Counted from the stretch's first letter, positions 22,329 to 33,573 are shown. The stretch is 64,000 nt of DNA from Candidatus Latescibacterota bacterium (GCA_963707635.1 OY970173.1:96001-160000), one strand, 5' to 3'. Translations and numbers: made by a program. The notes: generated by a model not told the origin, from the letters alone.

Positions 22329-23629
22329 ATGCGTCCAACTGCGTGCTCGTCGTCTCGCTGCTCCTCGCCGCACCGCTCGCGAACGCGCGTACCGTCGTTC
22401 ACGCGGGCCGTCTCATCGACGGCCGCAGCGCCGCCGTGCGCACGCAGGTGTCCATCATCGTCGACGGGGGCAAGATCGCCGACGTCGTCGACGGGTTTGT
22501 GGCGGCGCAGCCCGGGGACTCGGTCATCCCGCTGGAAGACCACACCGTCATGCCGGGGCTGATGGACATGCACGTGCACCTGACCGGTCAGCTTTCGCGC
22601 ACGTCGTACTCCGAAGAGTTCTATCTGAACCCCACCGACCTCGCGTTGCACGCGGCGCACTACGCGCGGCTCACGCTGCTCGCGGGCTTCACCACCGTTC
22701 GCAACGTCGGCGACGACGGCATGACGACCGTGTCGCTGCGCAACGCCATCCGCGCGGGGTACGCGGAGGGCCCCCGCATCTTCACCGCCGGCAAATCGAT
22801 CGCGACCACGGGCGGCCACGCGGACCCCACCAGCGGCTGGTGCCAGGCGCTCGAGGGCGACCCGGGTCCGGCCGAGGGCGTCGTCAACGGCGCCGACGAC
22901 GCGCGCAAGGCGGTCCGCCAGCGCTACAAAGAAGGCGCCGACCTGATCAAGATCACGGCCACCGGCGGCGTGTTGAGCCTGGCAACGAGCGGCGACAACG
23001 CGCAGTTCACCGACGACGAGCTGCGCGCAATCGTCCAGACCGCGAAAGACTATGGCTTCACGGTGGCGGCGCACGCGCACGGAGCCGAAGGGATGAAGCG
23101 CGCCGTCAACGCCGGCGTCACGTCGATCGAGCACGGCACCTACATGACCGATGAAATCATCAAGCTGATGAAGAAGAACGGGACGTACTACGTCCCCACC
23201 ATCGTGGCCGGGGTCACGGTGATGGAAAAGGCGCAGGAGGAGGGTTACCTCCCGGCCATCGTCCGCCCCAAGGCGGCGCGCATCGGCCCGCAGATCGAGG
23301 GCACGTTCACGCGCGCGTACCGGGCGGGAGTCAAGATCGCGTTCGGCACCGACAGCGGCGTATCGCCGCACGGCCAGAACGCGCGCGAATTCGAACTGAT
23401 GGTGAAGTGCGGCATGCCGCCGATGACCGCGATCCAGTGCGCCACCATCCAGGCGGCGAAGCTCCTGCGCGTGGACGACCGGCTCGGGAGCGTCGAGAAG
23501 GGCAAGATCGCGGACCTGGTGGCCGTGGCCGGAGACCCGACCGAGAACATCGCGCTCATGCGCGACGTGAGATTCGTGATGAAGGAAGGCGTGGTCTACA
23601 AGCGCGACGGCCGGCCGGTCGCGCGCTAG
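22329..23629 (+). CDS. Secreted metal-dependent amidohydrolase (prolidase-like); probable 1-nt loss just after the ATG
   Basis: [50 protein letters not shown]; the signal peptide is restored by adding one base near 22343. Confidence 0.88.
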
Positions 23630-23630
23630 T

Positions 23631-25772
<2,142 letters not shown>

Positions 25773-25788
25773 GGGGCGCGGCGTGGAT

Positions 25789-26283
25789 TCAGGCGGGGCG
25801 TTGCCGGTGGCGGTGGGTCTCGTAGGCGTTCGCGAGCCAGTCCGCGACTTTCCTGACTTCGACCTCCGTGCGCGCGTCGAAGGCGTCGATCTCGTGGCTG
25901 TCGATATCGATCTGCGCGAAGATGGTGTCGCCCTTGCGAATCAGCACCACCAGTTCCGAGCGCGTGGCGCTCGAGCAGGCGAGGTAGTTCGGTTCTTTCG
26001 ACACGTCGGGGACGTTCTTGTCGCGCCCTTCGGCGACCGCACTCCCGCACACGCCCTGACCGATCGAGATGAATACGTGGTCGGTGGGCGCGCCGATGAA
26101 GGGACCGAGTCGCAGCACGCGGTCGGGAAACAGCTCGTAGATGCCGGTCCAGTGGAAGTCCGGGTGGGCGTGGTGCAGGTACTCGACCGCGCTGGAAAGC
26201 ACGGCGTCGAAATTCACGCCGGAGGCGGCGAGTTGGTCGAGACGCTGGCAGATTCCTGCGCCGTCCAGGGTCGGCCCGGTCAT
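25789..26283 (-). CDS. GAF-domain protein, free methionine-(R)-sulfoxide reductase (MsrC/YebR)-like
   Basis: WTGIY, LGPF, GQGVCG, YLACS, SELVV, IDIDS. Confidence 0.8.
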   Translation of the reverse strand: MTGPTLDGAGICQRLDQLAASGVNFDAVLSSAVEYLHHAHPDFHWTGIYELFPDRVLRLGPFIGAPTDHVFISIGQGVCGSAVAEGRDKNVPDVSKEPNYLACSSATRSELVVLIRKGDTIFAQIDIDSHEIDAFDARTEVEVRKVADWLANAYETHRHRQRPA

Positions 26284-26367
26284 GCGCACCCTCCTAAGTC
26301 GCTGGGCGGGATGTGGTTCGACCCGCGCGGTGACGCCGCGCCGGGGTGACGCGCGGTCAATCCGCAA

Positions 26368-27198
26368 CTAGCATGCCAGACGTTTACCGATCGCGTAGTA
26401 CACGTTGCGGGGGTAGCTGATGCGCTCACCGAAGCGCTGCCCGAACACCTCGCGCGCGCGGGCGCGGTACCGCTCCCACGACGGGCCGTCCAGGAGTGCC
26501 AGGAGCGCCCGGCCGCTCGCGCATACCTCGCGGGCTTCGAGGTACTGCTCGACGGTCATGGCGAAGGTGAACGTGCGGGTTCCGGTGTCCACGGGCTCGA
26601 AGCCGGCTGCCGCCAGCACCGATTCCAGCCCTCCGGGCTTCGAAAGCATCGCTTCGCCGGGGAGCACGCACGCGGCGGCGGACACCGCCACCTCCGCGGA
26701 AACGAACTCGTGGACGACGCCGGTCCACGCGCGAGCGAGGTCGTCATCGGACGCCGCCCACGCGCTCAAGCCGATCCGGCCCGCCGGCCGGAGCACCCGC
26801 CCCATCTCGCGCACCGACGCGACGGCGTCGTCGACGTGCGTGAGCACGAAGGCCGAAAGCACCAGGTCGAAGCTCCCCGCGACGAACGGCAGGTACGGGA
26901 GCATGCCGACCACGGTGAGGTCGATCCCGCCCCGCTGCGCGGCTTCCAGCATCGGCGCCGACGGATCGACGGCGACCACGCGGCCCCCGGCGCCCACCGA
27001 GCGGGCGGCCGCCCGGGCCACCGCGCCGGTGCCGGCTCCCACGTCGAGCACGTGATCGCCGCGCGCCGGCGCCGCGATCGCCAGAAGCTCGCGGGCCGGC
27101 CGATCGAACATGAGCGGCGCGTTGAGCCGCTCGTATACAGCGGCCGCGTCGTCGTAGGAGCGAGCCCGGCGGATCAGACGCTCGTCGAAGGAGTTCAT
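26368..27198 (-). CDS. Class I SAM-dependent methyltransferase (UbiE-like)
   Basis: VLDVGAGTG, LPF..GSFDLV, RVLRPAG. Confidence 0.88.
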   Translation of the reverse strand: MNSFDERLIRRARSYDDAAAVYERLNAPLMFDRPARELLAIAAPARGDHVLDVGAGTGAVARAAARSVGAGGRVVAVDPSAPMLEAAQRGGIDLTVVGMLPYLPFVAGSFDLVLSAFVLTHVDDAVASVREMGRVLRPAGRIGLSAWAASDDDLARAWTGVVHEFVSAEVAVSAAACVLPGEAMLSKPGGLESVLAAAGFEPVDTGTRTFTFAMTVEQYLEAREVCASGRALLALLDGPSWERYRARAREVFGQRFGERISYPRNVYYAIGKRLAC

Positions 27199-27211
27199 CG
27201 TATGGCCGCGG

Positions 27212-27859
27212 TCAGTTGGATCGATCCGGCGAGAGCGCGGTGATCTCTTGCTCGAGCTCGGCGAGAGGCAGCGGCCCCGTGTGGCGCGCCACCGCGGTCC
27301 CGTCGGGAGCGACCAGGTAGAGGGTCGGCAGCACCTTCACCCGCAGCCGTTCCCACGCCGCGCTCTCGTTCGCGTCGACGACGATCGGATAGCCGACCGG
27401 GTGCTTCGCAAGGAACTTGCGCACCTTCTTTTCCCGGTCGCTTCCCTGATCCACGGATACGCCGATCACCACGACGTCGCCGCCGTATCGCTTCTGCAGC
27501 GCGTCGAGATCGGGCATCGACTCGACACACGGCTTGCACCACGTTGCCCAGAAGTCGACGAGCACGATCTTGCCGTGGAGCCGGGAGGTGCTGATCGTGT
27601 CCCCGGCGAGCGAAACAAGCGTCATCTCGGGAAACGGCCCGGGCACGAAGACGTACGCGTACGGATCCTGGTCGAATTCCGCGGCGCACTTCGCGGAACA
27701 GAAGGAGAGCTCGCGGCCGTCCAGCTGTCGGGTGGCAACGGCCTCTTCTTCCCGGGTCTCGCCCCCCAGCGCGCAGACCGCGCACAACGCTTTCCCGGCC
27801 CGCGCGCCGTCCGCGACCGCCGAGACGACTACGAGGAAAAGTGCGATCCACGCCTTCAT
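27212..27859 (-). CDS. Exported YHS/TRASH-like metal-binding domain fused to a TlpA-family thiol-disulfide oxidoreductase
   Basis: Start MKAWIALFL (signal peptide); CAVC...DGRELSFCSAKCAAEF..DP..Y; GKIVLVDFWATWCKPC...LPTLYLV. Confidence 0.85.
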   Translation of the reverse strand: MKAWIALFLVVVSAVADGARAGKALCAVCALGGETREEEAVATRQLDGRELSFCSAKCAAEFDQDPYAYVFVPGPFPEMTLVSLAGDTISTSRLHGKIVLVDFWATWCKPCVESMPDLDALQKRYGGDVVVIGVSVDQGSDREKKVRKFLAKHPVGYPIVVDANESAAWERLRVKVLPTLYLVAPDGTAVARHTGPLPLAELEQEITALSPDRSN

Positions 27860-28494
27860 CAGAACCCTCCCGCGATTGAAATCCCGAACGTGTCCATCCA
27901 CACCGCCATCAGGCTGACGCCTATCCTCTCGCCGAACCAGCTGGCGAGAACGTGCGAGCGCTGGCCGTCGTACATGTAGCGCGTGGAGAAGCCGCGCCAC
28001 ACGAACCATTCCGCTCCGAACGGATAGTTGAACCCGTCGTCCCACTCCGAGTAGTTGAGACTCCCATACACCGAAACCGGAATCCGGGGCGCCAGCTTCG
28101 ACACGGTCAGATAGTACGACTGCGTTCCCTCCGGCGACCCGATCCGGTCCGAGCTGGTCCCGAGGAAGGCCGCCGGCCGGCGCCCGGTTTCGGTCAGGAG
28201 GAACACGCTCGCGAGCGGGACGACTTCGCTGACCACCGGATTGTACTCGACCCCGATCTGGGCGCGCGGGTGAACCCGATAGTTCGCCGTCAGCCTCCAG
28301 CGCGGACGCTCCTCGTCCGTGTCGACGTAGCGCGCCGAGAACGACCAGGTGGTTTGGATTCCGCCCCCCCGGAGCGGCGCGCCTTCGCCGGGTCAGCCGC
28401 TTCAGGTGGGGGTCTGTGACGTCGGCGGCCCGGCGCTCGCGGGAACGCACCACGCCACGAGGAGGATGAGAGATGTCAGTTGAAGCAGGTGCAT
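27859..28494 (-). CDS. Putative UxxU double-selenocysteine outer-membrane beta-barrel protein (in-frame TGA at 28402-28404 and 28393-28395)
   Basis: One continuous frame: MHLLQLTSLILLVAWCVPASA-GPPTSQTPT-U-S-G-U-PGEGAPLRGGGIQTTWSFSARY...QIGVEYNP...GTSSDRIG...FGISIAGGF; hairpins directly 3' of the TGAs; stop overlaps the next ATG (TGATG). Confidence 0.7.
28361..28390 (-). other. Candidate bacterial SECIS hairpin(s)
   Basis: CGGCG-AAGGCG-CGCCG (28390-28375) starts 11 nt after the first TGA; CCGCTCC-GGG-GGGGCGG (28377-28361) has a G-rich loop 22 nt after the second TGA. Confidence 0.45.
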
Positions 28495-28511
28495 GAAACG
28501 ATTCGCCTCGC

Positions 28512-30821
28512 CTAGAGACGCCATGATACCCCGAAGAGCCAGTTGCGTCCCGCCATCCGGTAGCGCGCGACCTCTTCGTAGACCGTGTCGAGCAGGTTGC
28601 CCACCCTGGCGCTGACCGTCACGCGGGGAGTGAGGCTGAACTGCGCGTTGGCGTTGAGCACCGAGAACGCGTCCGGCGCCTGTCGGGGATAGAGAAATAC
28701 TTCGTCGATCGCGCTTCGATAGCGCGCGTCGCCGTGGAGCAGCCAGCGCTTCCACAGCACGTCGAGTGAGAGATTCGCGGAGTGTTTGGGCCGGTACGGG
28801 AGATAGTCGTCGGTCCGGCCGGGTGACTGGTCCCGCGCGTCGAGATACGCGTAGTTCGCTGAGGCCGTGAGTATTCCCAGGCGCGACGTGACCGTCGCCT
28901 CGATTCCCTGCATGAGCGCGTCGTTCAGGTTGCGCACCTGATAGACGGTCACGCCCAATGACTCGGCAATCTGTTCGAAGTAGATGAGGTCTTCGTAATC
29001 GTAGCGGTACGCGGCCACATCGAGGTCGAACGCCGGCGCGGGATTCCAGCGCGCGCCCACCTCCGCCGAGGCGACGATGTGTTCGGCGCCGAGGTCCGGG
29101 TTGGGCACGAGGTCGATGCCGCCGCCGATCTCGCGCTCCTGGAAGAGCTCCGCGATCGTGGGCGCCCGGAACGCCTGTCCGAACAACGCGCGCAGCGCCA
29201 GCTCCGGCCGGACCGTCCACACCAGCCCCAGCTTCGGGCTCACCTGATCGAGCGTGCGGACCCCGACCAGATGATTCCAGTCGTAGCGGGCACCGATGGT
29301 GGCGGCGAGGCTGCGGACGATGGTGATGTCGTCCTGCACGAACAGCGCGTAGTTGTTGATCTGGTGGTCTCCGTAGAGCGTCGTGTCCGGCGACGACAGC
29401 ACGTAGTCGAGCTGAAAATCCCCCCCCGCGACCAGGTGGTGCCGCTCGCCCCAGCGGAGATCACCCTGGCTGATCGCCCCGATTTTGTCCCCCAGGATCT
29501 CGGTGGCGAAACCGAAGGGCTCGTTGCCGGGCAGCTCGCGATCGGGGTCGTTCGGGTTGAAGGTCGAACGCTGCTCGTGGTGGAAGTAATACGCGCGGGT
29601 GGAGTAGCGGGTCCGTTCGCTGAAGCCCGAATAGTGCAGGTCGGCGCTGCCGTAGTCCTTGTGCTGGCGGTCGTCGGTGAAGGAATCGCGCACCTGCAGG
29701 GGTTCCGCCGCGCTCAACCAGGCGTGCGGATAGTCGTTCTCCGCGCGGCCGCCGCCCAGCGTCAGCTCGAGCTTTCGATGCGAATCGACGTCGCAGACGA
29801 TCTTGCCGAACAGGTCGTAGAACGCGTAGGCGGTGTTCTCGCTGAAGCCGTCCGATCCCTTCCAGCTCGCGCTCACCAGATAGCGCAGGTCGGGCGCGAA
29901 CGCGATCGGACCGGAGACGTCCGCGGTGACCTCGCCCTGCAGCGGCGTTTCGTCGGTGTAGCTGACCGGACTCTTTTCGAAAAACCCCAGCTTGAAGTCG
30001 AGCCTGCCGACCAGCGAGTCGCTGGGCCGGCGGGTGATCACGTTGACGACGCCGCCCATCGCCGTCGAGCCGTAGAGGCTCGAGAACGCTCCTTTCACGA
30101 TCTCGACGCGATCGATGAACTGCGTCGGGACCAGGCTCCAGAAGGCGCCGCCGGTGTCCGAAGTCAGCGCCGGGCGTCCGTCGATGAGCAGCAGCACGCG
30201 ATTCCCGACGCCGCCGCCCGCAATGTCGGAACTGCCCCGAATCTGGATCGACTGCACGGAGATGCCGGTGGTCCGAAAGGCGTTGAGGCCGGAAACGGCT
30301 TCGATCGATTGATCGAACGTGATCGGCGCGCGGCGCGCAATGTCGTCCTGGTCGACCACCTCCACGCTGGCGGGCGCCATGCGCGCGGTCTGCTCGACGC
30401 GCGTGGCGGTCACGATCACCGGGTCGGTCGTGATCGCGGACGCCTCGAGCGCAATGTCGACGCGAGTGGTGTCGCCGGCGTCCACCCGCACGCCCGGCCG
30501 GGAGAACGCGGCGTAGCCGATGCGAGAGATGGTCAGACGGTACACCCCGGGGGGCAGCTCACGTATCACGTAGTGGCCGCGCGTGTCGGAGGTCGCGCCG
30601 CGTCTGGTCGAATCGATCCGGACGGTGGAGAAGCTCAACCCGGCCCCGGTCGCCGCGTCGGTGACGCGTCCCACGATCACTCCCAACGAAGCGGGCGACG
30701 GGCGGGTTGCGCCCGCCTGGGGGAACGCGCGCGGCGCGCCGAGGCCCAGGCCCGTGAGCACGCATGCAGCTCCGGCCACAGCCCGGACTCGGCCGCCGAT
30801 GCGATCGGTCGCGGCGCGCAT
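28512..30821 (-). CDS. TonB-dependent receptor with N-terminal carboxypeptidase-regulatory-like domain
   Basis: GRVTDAATG, VIVTATR, plug IDRVEIVKGAFSSLYGSTAMGGVVNVIT, FRAPTIAEL, NLLD..Y...GRNWLFGVSWRL. Confidence 0.92.
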   Translation of the reverse strand: MRAATDRIGGRVRAVAGAACVLTGLGLGAPRAFPQAGATRPSPASLGVIVGRVTDAATGAGLSFSTVRIDSTRRGATSDTRGHYVIRELPPGVYRLTISRIGYAAFSRPGVRVDAGDTTRVDIALEASAITTDPVIVTATRVEQTARMAPASVEVVDQDDIARRAPITFDQSIEAVSGLNAFRTTGISVQSIQIRGSSDIAGGGVGNRVLLLIDGRPALTSDTGGAFWSLVPTQFIDRVEIVKGAFSSLYGSTAMGGVVNVITRRPSDSLVGRLDFKLGFFEKSPVSYTDETPLQGEVTADVSGPIAFAPDLRYLVSASWKGSDGFSENTAYAFYDLFGKIVCDVDSHRKLELTLGGGRAENDYPHAWLSAAEPLQVRDSFTDDRQHKDYGSADLHYSGFSERTRYSTRAYYFHHEQRSTFNPNDPDRELPGNEPFGFATEILGDKIGAISQGDLRWGERHHLVAGGDFQLDYVLSSPDTTLYGDHQINNYALFVQDDITIVRSLAATIGARYDWNHLVGVRTLDQVSPKLGLVWTVRPELALRALFGQAFRAPTIAELFQEREIGGGIDLVPNPDLGAEHIVASAEVGARWNPAPAFDLDVAAYRYDYEDLIYFEQIAESLGVTVYQVRNLNDALMQGIEATVTSRLGILTASANYAYLDARDQSPGRTDDYLPYRPKHSANLSLDVLWKRWLLHGDARYRSAIDEVFLYPRQAPDAFSVLNANAQFSLTPRVTVSARVGNLLDTVYEEVARYRMAGRNWLFGVSWRL

Positions 30822-30828
30822 GCGAGGA

Positions 30829-31329
30829 CTACGGCGCCAGGGCGAGATCGGCGACGAAGTCCAACCCACTGCGGTGGATATTCGACCCCGCCAGATTCAG
30901 CGAGGTGGGGCCAGGGGCCTGCGGCGCGATCTTGCTGCCGTTCCAGGCGACTCCCACGCTGTCCACAAAGGTCCAGTACATCCCCAGCAGGGTGGCGCTG
31001 CCCGGAACGGACGGGTTGCGCCAGCTCACGTAAATCGCGGCGTAGCTGCCTTCCTCGAGGCCGGTCAGGCTGAAGGTGTACTCGCTCACGCCGGGCGCGA
31101 TGGGGTTGGTGTAACCATCCGGCGGACCATCGGGCACGAGGTCGGCCGGCAGGACGGAGTATATCGACACCTGGACATCGCCCGTCGCGGGCCAGGAACC
31201 CGTGTTGACGAACGTCACCTTGCCCTCGACGCTGGCGGGGCCGGCAGGTTGCGCGGGGTTGTCGTCGCCACACGAGCTGATCATCGTCGCCACGCCCATC
31301 ATCGCCAGGAACAAGAACATGCGTCTCAT
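30829..31329 (-). CDS. Lipoprotein of unknown function, first gene of the TonB receptor operon
   Basis: Lipobox ISSC; 7 nt upstream of the TonB receptor start. Confidence 0.75.
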   Translation of the reverse strand: MRRMFLFLAMMGVATMISSCGDDNPAQPAGPASVEGKVTFVNTGSWPATGDVQVSIYSVLPADLVPDGPPDGYTNPIAPGVSEYTFSLTGLEEGSYAAIYVSWRNPSVPGSATLLGMYWTFVDSVGVAWNGSKIAPQAPGPTSLNLAGSNIHRSGLDFVADLALAP

Positions 31330-31452
31330 GGAGTTTCCCCGTGTTAAGGTGGAAGTGTTCAATTGTCTGCGCGAACCGCCAGAAAAGACATTGAACTCTG
31401 GGTCACGATCGCATAGGTTTAGTCAGGTTTGCCAAATAAAGCAGAGAGCCCC

Positions 31453-32088
31453 ATGTTTCGTCAAGGTACCACTGCCGAAGAGACCCGCTGGCTGACCCTA
31501 ACGGAAGCGGCGGAGGCCCTCCGGGTGCATCCGACCACGCTCCGCCGCTGGTCCGATTCGGGTCAGATCCCCGTGTTCTTGACCCCCGGCGGCCACCGGC
31601 GGTTCGCCGCGTCGGACGTCAAGCACATGTCGGTGCGCCGGCATGCCGTGCGGCGGGTCGGCCCGGTCGAACGGATCTGGGCCGACCAGGCGCTTACACT
31701 GGCCCGAAAGCAGCTCGCCAATCAGGAGCAGGAGCGCTGGCTCAAGCGGCACGACGGTCCCGCGCGGGATCGCAACCGGCAGATGGGCCATCAGCTCATG
31801 GCCCTCATCCTCGAGTACGTGACCGGCGAGAACGACGACGAGCGCCCGGTGCGACAGGCGCGCTCCATCGGTGTCCAGTACGGCCACGCGTCGCGCGAGC
31901 TGGGCCTGCCGCTCACCGACGCCCTCCAGGCCGCGATGTTTTTCCGCGACACGCTCACGACCTCGGCGGTCGCGCTGCCCGGCAACGTGCGCATCCCGAT
32001 CGGATCGCAGGTCCAGCTGGTGACGCGCATCAGCCGCATCGTCAACGAAGTCCAATTGGGTGTGGCGGACGCGTACGCGCCGTCGTAG
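31453..32088 (+). CDS. Xis/MerR-like HTH (HTH_17) regulator with an all-helical C-terminal sensor-like domain
   Basis: WLTLTEAAEALRVHPTTLRRWSDSGQI...TPGGHRRF; divergent from the TonB receptor operon. Confidence 0.8.
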   Translation: MFRQGTTAEETRWLTLTEAAEALRVHPTTLRRWSDSGQIPVFLTPGGHRRFAASDVKHMSVRRHAVRRVGPVERIWADQALTLARKQLANQEQERWLKRHDGPARDRNRQMGHQLMALILEYVTGENDDERPVRQARSIGVQYGHASRELGLPLTDALQAAMFFRDTLTTSAVALPGNVRIPIGSQVQLVTRISRIVNEVQLGVADAYAPS

Positions 32089-32148
32089 TATTGCGCCCCT
32101 GCCGGACCCGCGGCCCTCGCGCCGTCCGGCCCATCGCCGAAAAAATCA

Positions 32149-33573
32149 ATGTGCGGAATTCTGGGATACTGCGCCCGGGAATGGGATCCGGGCCTGGAGA
32201 AGTTCTTCGGCCTGCAGGGATTCAACCTCCAGCACCGGGGCCAGGAGAACTTCGGCGCGACCTACAGCAATGGGAAGAAGTTCTCGCACTTCAAGGACCG
32301 CGGCCTGGTCTCGCAGGTGTTCACCAAGGAGCGCCGCGAGCACTTCTCCGAGACCCGGCCGCTGATCGCGATCGCGCAGACGCGCTACGCCACCGCCGGC
32401 GGCACCGACGCGATCTCGGCGCAACCGCACTGGATGACCCTGCTCGACGGCTTCTACTCCAACGCCACCAACGGCGACCTCCCGCTCCTGCAGCGCGAGA
32501 TACGGGACCTGGAGAACTCCGGCACCGTGATGCTCTCGGGCAACGACGGCGAGGTGATTCTCAAGAAGATCCTCCACGGCGCGCGCGAGAACGGCGGCAA
32601 TCTGGTGGCGGGCATCCGCCGGCTGATGGAGACCACGCCGGGCGCCTATTCCGGGTGCCTGATGACCCTCACCGAGCTCTACCTCTACCGCGACCCGCAC
32701 GGGTTCCGGCCGCTCTATTTCGGCCGCTGGCGCGACGCCGTCGTCTTCTCGTCGGAGTCGTGCGCGTTCCACGAGACCGACGCCCACATCGAGCGCGAGG
32801 TCTACCCGGGCGAGGTGATTCGTTTCGACATCGAGGGCAACCGGACCCACACCCAGGTGGTTCCCACCCATACGCCGCGGCAGCAGTGCATCTTCGAACC
32901 GATCTATTTCGCGCGCCCCGACAGCCGTGTCTTCGCGGACACCAAAGAGGTGGGACATTTCCGGTACCTGCTCGGGAGCCAGCTCGCCGACGAGCATCCC
33001 ATGCGCGACGCCGCCGTTGTGCCCGTCCCGGATTCCGGGCGCTACGCCGCCAACGGGTACGCGGGGCGCTCGGGTCTGCCGCTGCGCGAACTGCTCGTGC
33101 GCAATCCCTACATCCCGCGCACGTTCCAGATCGCCGGGCAGGCGAATCGCGAGGACCTCGTCCGGCTCAAGTTCACGGTCATGCACTCGCTGCTGCGCCA
33201 GTACCGGCGCTTCGTCATCGTGGACGACTCGCTGGTGCGCTCCACCACGCTGCGCATCCTCATCGCCATGATCCGCGACGCCGCCGGCGAAGCCGGGATC
33301 GACCCGCGCGCGGTGGAAGTGCACGTTCGCGTTGCGTCTCCGCCGATCATCGGGTGCTGCTACTACGGCATCGACACGCCGGAGCAGAAAGAGCTCGCCG
33401 CCGCGAACGTCACCATCGACGAGATCGCGACGTCGATCGACGCCGACTCGCTGGCCTACCTCTCGCTCGCGGGCCTCGACGCGGTGGCCGCCGAGTTCTC
33501 GTCCCCTGAACAGTTCTGCCACGCCTGCTTCACCGGGCGCTACCCGACCGAGTATCTCCCCCGGACCCGTTGA
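32149..33573 (+). CDS. purF: Amidophosphoribosyltransferase
   Basis: MCGI, LQHRGQE, RDPHGFRPL, CIFEPIYFARPDS, PVPDSG, VDDSLVRSTT, CYYGID, CHACFTGRYP. Confidence 0.9.
   Translation: MCGILGYCAREWDPGLEKFFGLQGFNLQHRGQENFGATYSNGKKFSHFKDRGLVSQVFTKERREHFSETRPLIAIAQTRYATAGGTDAISAQPHWMTLLDGFYSNATNGDLPLLQREIRDLENSGTVMLSGNDGEVILKKILHGARENGGNLVAGIRRLMETTPGAYSGCLMTLTELYLYRDPHGFRPLYFGRWRDAVVFSSESCAFHETDAHIEREVYPGEVIRFDIEGNRTHTQVVPTHTPRQQCIFEPIYFARPDSRVFADTKEVGHFRYLLGSQLADEHPMRDAAVVPVPDSGRYAANGYAGRSGLPLRELLVRNPYIPRTFQIAGQANREDLVRLKFTVMHSLLRQYRRFVIVDDSLVRSTTLRILIAMIRDAAGEAGIDPRAVEVHVRVASPPIIGCCYYGIDTPEQKELAAANVTIDEIATSIDADSLAYLSLAGLDAVAAEFSSPEQFCHACFTGRYPTEYLPRTR

Noticed and set aside
27212..28453. 413-aa ORF from the track as a single protein
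   Set aside because: Its N-terminal half is an Arg-rich shadow frame over the barrel gene; the real TlpA fusion starts at ATG 27859 with a signal peptide
31330..31452. Cobalamin riboswitch ahead of the TonB receptor operon
   Set aside because: Only 123 bp shared with a divergent gene, and no recognisable B12-box
31453..32088. Prophage or ICE excisionase marking a mobile element
   Set aside because: No integrase, att sites or compositional shift; the HTH is fused to a large sensor-like domain
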